A stretch of 43,444 bases of DNA from Nitrospirota bacterium (GTDB lineage: Bacteria > Nitrospirota > Thermodesulfovibrionia > Thermodesulfovibrionales > Dissulfurispiraceae). Made by a program: the position numbers and the translations under genes. Shown one piece after another: positions 38,542 to 43,444 of this stretch. Location: positions 1 to 43,444 of the forward strand of contig JBFMCP010000027.1 in assembly GCA_040754455.1 (NCBI GenBank). Direction: 5' to 3'. Each line of letters starts with the position of its first letter. Position 1 is the first letter of the stretch. The notes beneath the pieces were generated by a model. That model did not search any database and had not been told where the DNA came from. It saw nothing but the letters and a program-made list of their open reading frames with translations.

Positions 38542-39327
38542 ATGAGTATTCTCGCAGCTATTGTTAGAAAGAAAGCCGAGCGCGTAGCACACGCAAAGTG
38601 TGCTACTCCTTTACGCGAGCTGAAGAGCATGCTGAAGGATGCAGAGAGTACGCGGAATTTCAGAGATGCTGTTAAAGGCGAGAAGGGTTCAATACGGCTC
38701 ATTGCCGAGCTCAAGAAGGCCTCTCCTTCCAACGGTCTGATCAGAAAAGATTTCGATCCCGCCCGCATCGCTTCGATCTATGAGAGCAAGCCGGTCAATG
38801 CGATTTCGGTCCTGACGGAAGAGGATTTCTTCCAGGGGCATCTTTCCTTTCTAGAGATCGTCAAAAAGGTAAGCTCCAAGCCTGCGCTCAGAAAGGATTT
38901 CATTTTTGACGAATACCAGATCTACGAGGCACGGGCATATGGTGCCGATGCCATACTGCTGATCGCCGCCATCCTCGAACGCGGCCAGGCAAAAGGGTAC
39001 CTTCACCTTGCAAAGGAACTGGGATTGTCAGTGCTCTTCGAGGTGCATGACGAGGAGGAGCTTGAAAAGGCGCTTACCATCGATGCCGACATCATAGGAA
39101 TAAACAACCGCAACCTGAAGACCATGCAGATCGACCTCGCAACAACGCTTCGGCTGAAGAAAGACATTCCTTCGGGGAAAGCAGTCGTGAGCGAGAGTGG
39201 CATCAGAACGCGGGATGATGTACAAAGATTGATCGATGCCGGCATCGACGCCATGCTCATCGGAACGTCGTTGATAGAATCGCAGGATATCGGAAAGAAG
39301 ATCGATGAACTGATGACCGGATATTAG
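38542..39327 (+). CDS. trpC: Indole-3-glycerol phosphate synthase
   Basis: IAELKKASPSNG, ISVLTE, LRKDFI, GINNRNL and SESGI. Confidence 0.97.
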   Translation: MSILAAIVRKKAERVAHAKCATPLRELKSMLKDAESTRNFRDAVKGEKGSIRLIAELKKASPSNGLIRKDFDPARIASIYESKPVNAISVLTEEDFFQGHLSFLEIVKKVSSKPALRKDFIFDEYQIYEARAYGADAILLIAAILERGQAKGYLHLAKELGLSVLFEVHDEEELEKALTIDADIIGINNRNLKTMQIDLATTLRLKKDIPSGKAVVSESGIRTRDDVQRLIDAGIDAMLIGTSLIESQDIGKKIDELMTGY

Positions 39328-39341
39328 GCAAGCGAACGTTT

Positions 39342-39377
39342 AATGAGAGGGGGATTTTTGAGACACCCCCTCTCATT
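39342..39377. terminator. Hairpin between the convergent trpC and ttrA-like genes, probably a bidirectional terminator
   Basis: AATGAGAGGGGG-12 nt-CCCCCTCTCATT. Confidence 0.8.
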
Positions 39378-39382
39378 TGCTG

Positions 39383-42300
39383 TTATATTTTTACCAGCTT
39401 CACCTTCGTATCATAGAACGAGACGCTGCCGCCGACAGGGTCGAGCATGCAGGTATTCTTCAGGTGAGGATCGACCCACATAGCGGCATTTGCGTGAATT
39501 CCGGTAGCCCTCCTCGGGTCTCCTTTTATGACCCTGCCGTCTATCATAAAATCCGAGGCGCCTGTTGCCCACAGGCCATGCCCGAGGGTAAAGGTGATGA
39601 CGCCGGGCATAATCGTCTCCGTAACCATCACCTTGCCGACCATGGGCTTCTTGTTGCCGCCCTTGAGGTCATATATCCCCTCCGGATTGGTGGACGAGAC
39701 CACCTTCACCCTGTCGCCGTCCTTAAGCCCCATCTTTTTAGCATCGGCCGAGTTTATGATCACCTCGTTCTCAGGTCGGATGGCAAGAAGCCAATAATCG
39801 ACTATGGTACGGGATTTGGTCATAGTGACATCCCGCTGGGTCAGGAGGTGCAGAGGATAGCCGTCCTCCAGCCCGCTCTCTTTCGGAGATTTGCCCAGAG
39901 CGCTTGTTATGGGCAGATATGTGGCGTATCCGGGGTTCGATTTTCCGGTAAAGGCGTTCTTCGTGCCTGCCGTCTTCTCCTGGTAAATGTTGATAGCGAT
40001 CTTGTACTGGTTTGCCACGAGGTCGCCCTTATAGATGTCCGCATATTCCTGGAACCGGCCGCCGCGGTTCAGCACATAGACCACCTTGCGCCAGTTCGGG
40101 CCCGCTATCTTCTCCCATCTTGCGGAGTCGAAGACGGTCTTCGGCAGATGCTTTCTCGAATCGAGGAAGAGCTGAAGCTCCCTGTCATCCGCATCCGGCA
40201 CCGGCGTTCCCTCTGTGGCACAGTTGGCGACCATTCTTATATAAAAATCGTCCGGCTTCGTGAAATCCTGCCCCGGGCCGAAGCCGTCCTTACCATAGCC
40301 CTTCATCCCGAGCTTCTCGGCAAGGGCCAATATCAGGGCCTCGTAAGAGCACGGCATCTCTTCTCCGAAGACGGTTACCGTTTCCGTTATAGGTGCGATG
40401 ACCGGCTGTCTTATCGGCTGGACTTTTGCCGGCATGTTCGGGTGCGAGCCCTGCATCTCCCAGCGCTCCAGATACGAGAGGTCGGGGAAGATGTAATCCG
40501 CGTACAGGGAGGTAGTGCCTATCAGGATGTCGGACGCGAAATAGAGAGGTATCTTGTTCACATCTGCAAGGATCTCGATATTGGTGTGGCCGGCCGGAAG
40601 CGCGTAAGTGGGCGCGCCCATGTAGCTGAAGACCGCCTTGATGGGATACGGATAAGCATCTCCCGTCGAGGGAATTATCTCCTCGTAGATGTCGCTTGCC
40701 AGCGGCCACCAATTCCTCTTGGCAGGGTATCCTTCAAAGAGAGTGGAATCCTCGTACTTTATATCGTGCCTAATGATACTTATCCCGAACTTCGTGGTTT
40801 TGCCGGGCTTCAACTTGCCCAGATTAAAAGGCTGGCCCTCCTTGTCACCCATTACGTTATATGCAGAGGCAGAAATCATCCCCCCCTTCCAGTCGAAATT
40901 GCCAAGGAGCAGGTTCAAGGTCATCGCGCCCGTCACGTTGTAGAAGCCGTTCGTGTGCTGGGCTATGCCCCTGTGCACATCGACGACCGCCTGCTTGCCG
41001 TAGCTCGTAAGTTCCTTGGCCGTAAGCTCGATATCCGGGACACTTATGCCGCATATCTTCGACCATTCGGCCATGCTCTTTGAGTTTGCCGAATCGGCCA
41101 GCACTTGAAGGCCGCTCTTTACCTTTATGCCGTTTATCTCGGTATCCACGAGGAGGTCGCCTGTCACAGGATTCTTCTCGTCATTCGGATCGACCGCAAC
41201 GGGCTTGCCGTCCTTCATGCAGACGAGGTACTCGAAATCGTGCTCTTTGCCCTCCTTGTCCTTCCGCTTTTCGGGCCGGGCAAGGCCGATCTCCTGCGCC
41301 CTCAGGAACTTGCCCGGCTTGCCTTTGTCGTCCAGCTTCACCAGGAGTACGGCATTCGTCCATGTGGGCTCGCCGGCCGCTTTTGCAGCTGACTTATTGG
41401 CATTGGCCAGGTATTTGGCATCATACTTTTTGTTCTTGATTATCCATTGGATAAGTCCCATAAAAAAAGCGCCGTCTGTGCCGGGGATAATGGGCATGTA
41501 CCTGTGCGCCTTTGAAGCCGCCTTGTTGAAACGAGGATCTACAACGACAAGCTTTGTCTTCCCCTGGAATATGTTCGGCACGATCCTGGCATTTCTGTTC
41601 GGCGGCCCGTAATTGGCATCGAAGAGATTTGAGCCCACCGAGAGGACGTACTTGGAGTTCTCGAAGTCTCCCTGCCAGTAGAACTTCTTGCCTCCGCCGA
41701 ACTTGTTGAACTCGTACTGCTCGCTCATTGCCTTGCAGGTAAAATAGAGCGAGCCTTGACAGACGGTGGTGTGCCCGTGGGTATTGGTCGTGCCGAAATA
41801 GTCGTTGAAGAATCTGAGAGAGAAATCGCTCCGTCCGGCCTTCTTCCTGCCCCAGAAATAAAGCAGCTGATTGTTTTTGGGGCCGAGGTCGGGGTGATCG
41901 GGGTCTATCAGGTAATGCAGGTTCGCTGCGTGCTTCGTCTTGAATTCTTCGACCGCCTTTTTCTTGTCCTTCGCTTTTGCCAGCGCCTTTACGTCATCAG
42001 CCATCGCTTTGGCAATCGCCGGATCTCTCAGCGCATAGATATCTTTGAGACCGGGTACCACTCTGTTTTCCTCTCCGGGCACGTGAGCGAAGAGTGTTCC
42101 GCCGTTCACGATCTCATCGATTGCCTTGCCGAAAGGTATGGTTGTCCATTTGTTCTCGCCCCTCTTGCCGGCCCTCTTCAGCACCTTCGTAATCCTGTAA
42201 GGGTCGTACGCCGTCTGTATGCCCGCCTGGCCTTTGGGACAGATAGCCATGTCAATTGTGTTTACATCAAACGGTGAGGTCTTATAAGAAAGGGAGGGCA

Positions 42301-42601
42301 CCGAAACGAACGGGTTATAGGGATTGCCGTCTATCTTCAGGGCCACGGCATCTCCGTTCTTGCGGAAAAACTTCACCTTTATACCGCATCCGGTATTGCA
42401 CTGCAGGCAGGCGGTGTACAATGTGTTTTCCGCCTTGATGAGCTCGTACTCCTCCTCGGGCGTAAGCATGCCCGCCTCGGCCCTGCGCAGGAGGTCACCA
42501 GCCCATCCCTGTGAGGCAAGGATCCCGCCGCCCACGATGGCCGAGCATTTCATGAAATCCCTTCGAGTCATTCCATTCTTTTTATCTTTATGTTCCTTCA
42601 T
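39383..42601 (-). CDS. ttrA: Tat-exported Mo/W-bisPGD oxidoreductase, TtrA-like, 1072 aa
   Basis: Twin-Arg TRRDFMK, Fe-S motif CLQCNTGC..CPKGQ, putative Mo ligand HTTVCQGS, YADYIFPD..LERW and the C-terminal DPVGGSVSFYDTKV. Substrate not provable from sequence. Confidence 0.8.
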   Translation of the reverse strand: MKEHKDKKNGMTRRDFMKCSAIVGGGILASQGWAGDLLRRAEAGMLTPEEEYELIKAENTLYTACLQCNTGCGIKVKFFRKNGDAVALKIDGNPYNPFVSVPSLSYKTSPFDVNTIDMAICPKGQAGIQTAYDPYRITKVLKRAGKRGENKWTTIPFGKAIDEIVNGGTLFAHVPGEENRVVPGLKDIYALRDPAIAKAMADDVKALAKAKDKKKAVEEFKTKHAANLHYLIDPDHPDLGPKNNQLLYFWGRKKAGRSDFSLRFFNDYFGTTNTHGHTTVCQGSLYFTCKAMSEQYEFNKFGGGKKFYWQGDFENSKYVLSVGSNLFDANYGPPNRNARIVPNIFQGKTKLVVVDPRFNKAASKAHRYMPIIPGTDGAFFMGLIQWIIKNKKYDAKYLANANKSAAKAAGEPTWTNAVLLVKLDDKGKPGKFLRAQEIGLARPEKRKDKEGKEHDFEYLVCMKDGKPVAVDPNDEKNPVTGDLLVDTEINGIKVKSGLQVLADSANSKSMAEWSKICGISVPDIELTAKELTSYGKQAVVDVHRGIAQHTNGFYNVTGAMTLNLLLGNFDWKGGMISASAYNVMGDKEGQPFNLGKLKPGKTTKFGISIIRHDIKYEDSTLFEGYPAKRNWWPLASDIYEEIIPSTGDAYPYPIKAVFSYMGAPTYALPAGHTNIEILADVNKIPLYFASDILIGTTSLYADYIFPDLSYLERWEMQGSHPNMPAKVQPIRQPVIAPITETVTVFGEEMPCSYEALILALAEKLGMKGYGKDGFGPGQDFTKPDDFYIRMVANCATEGTPVPDADDRELQLFLDSRKHLPKTVFDSARWEKIAGPNWRKVVYVLNRGGRFQEYADIYKGDLVANQYKIAINIYQEKTAGTKNAFTGKSNPGYATYLPITSALGKSPKESGLEDGYPLHLLTQRDVTMTKSRTIVDYWLLAIRPENEVIINSADAKKMGLKDGDRVKVVSSTNPEGIYDLKGGNKKPMVGKVMVTETIMPGVITFTLGHGLWATGASDFMIDGRVIKGDPRRATGIHANAAMWVDPHLKNTCMLDPVGGSVSFYDTKVKLVKI

Positions 42602-42614
42602 GTATCGATCCCCC

Positions 42615-43322
42615 TTATGGCAGTATGTAAAATACCCGGGGCCTGGTGGCTGCGGACTCTGCAAAGACCGGGGCCTTGCCGGGGTAGTTTATCTTTTCCG
42701 CAATCTCCATCGGTTTCATCCCTGCGAACATGCCGGTGGCCACTTTGGTGTCGTGCCTGGGCAAGGTCTCCTTGAGGACCATCACCTTGTTCTCTTTCAT
42801 CATCTTGTAGATGAGGCTTTCCTTGTCCTGCGGATCTCCGAAAAAGTTCGCCCTGCAGGGGCAGGTGCTTACGCAGGCGGGAACCATCCCTTTTCTCAGT
42901 CTGTGAAGACAGAAATGGCACTTCCTGACAACGCCCATCGGAAGCTCGGGCCTTTTCCTGGGCCATTTGCGGCTGTATTCCCATGTAGGAGAGGTATCGT
43001 AGTGCTGCATCCGCGGAGTGCCTTCGGTATAGAACCTGCCGGCATCGAGGGTGCGGGCCTTGTAGGGGCATCCGGCCACGCACCGGCCGCACCCGATGCA
43101 CTGCTCGTAATTGATCATCACTATGCCCGCGCTGTCTCCTTTCGTGCTCTTCCATGTGGCCTTGCCCTCTCCCTTATTGGGGCAGGCCTCCACGCATGGA
43201 GGGTTGTCGCACTGATTGCACAGCCTTGGGGTAAAACGCCTCTTGACCTTCGGGAACGTCCCCATCTCCTCTTCGTAAACCGGCCTGTACATCACACCCG
43301 GGGGGCTCTTCTGCTCGGCTAT
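42615..43322 (-). pseudogene. ttrB: TtrB/NrfC-type 4Fe-4S subunit, 3' part; 5' part cut off by an IS
   Basis: CNQCDNPPC..CP, CIGCGRC..CPY and KCHFC..PACVSTCP are present. The first CxxCxxCxxxC, expected just before IAEQKSPPGV, is replaced by IS sequence. Confidence 0.8.
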
Positions 43323-43444
43323 AATACTCCCCAAAAACTGGACAGGGGTATTTAGTGGATAATAGAGCCTGTAAGGACTCCGAAGGAGGACAGGCGAGGA
43401 TGGGAAAGACGACAAAATCACGGGACGCTGCATTAAAGGCAAAG
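43322..43444 (+). mobile_element. Left end of an IS3-family element with the start of OrfA
   Basis: IRL-like TAATACTCCCCAAAAACTGGACAG, RBS AGGAGG, and ATG 43400 giving MGKTTKSRDAALKAK (IS3 OrfA-like). Runs off the window. Confidence 0.75.

Noticed and set aside
39377..41083. 568-aa plus-strand ORF, and similar ones at 25466, 27463, 33001 and 42324
   Set aside because: Antisense shadows of well-supported genes, expected with GC-rich third codon positions.
43323..43442. N-terminal extension of the 275-aa TtrB ORF
   Set aside because: It is the IS end read antisense, and has no Fe-S motif or Tat signal.

Overview
A 43.4 kb bacterial segment, probably from an anaerobic Gram-negative of Nitrospirota or Desulfobacterota type (inference from gene content). 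It appears to start and end inside IS elements, so it may be a whole contig. (1) 1-9.95 kb: a decayed defence/mobility island with an intact AAA_14/DUF4143 ATPase and a type III R-M pair (mod, res). These sit among remnants: an IS end, DUF2779, ISL3, a promoter-bearing 5' half of tRNA-Leu, an excisionase-like HTH, hsdM, an internally deleted SNF2 helicase and higBA. (2) 10-15.5 kb: a DUF4912/Rho_N protein, an HMA protein, tRNA-Ser(TGA), DUF502, DUF296 and LPS heptose genes including a WaaF-GmhB fusion. (3) 15.7-22.9 kb: a PerR-led stress cluster with a selenocysteine peroxiredoxin, rubredoxin, FprA, rubrerythrin, an octaheme HAO-family cytochrome, an Fe-S flavoprotein, a CMD protein and a radical SAM/SPASM protein. 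(4) 23.6-38.2 kb: a complete nuoA-N complex I operon. (5) trpC, then a TtrA-like molybdoenzyme whose TtrB partner is interrupted by an IS3-like element. The strongest signal is in nuoB: an in-frame UGA replaces the first Cys of the tandem Cys-Cys ligating cluster N2 and is followed by a SECIS-like hairpin built like the one in the peroxiredoxin. This suggests a selenocysteine-ligated N2 cluster in complex I.
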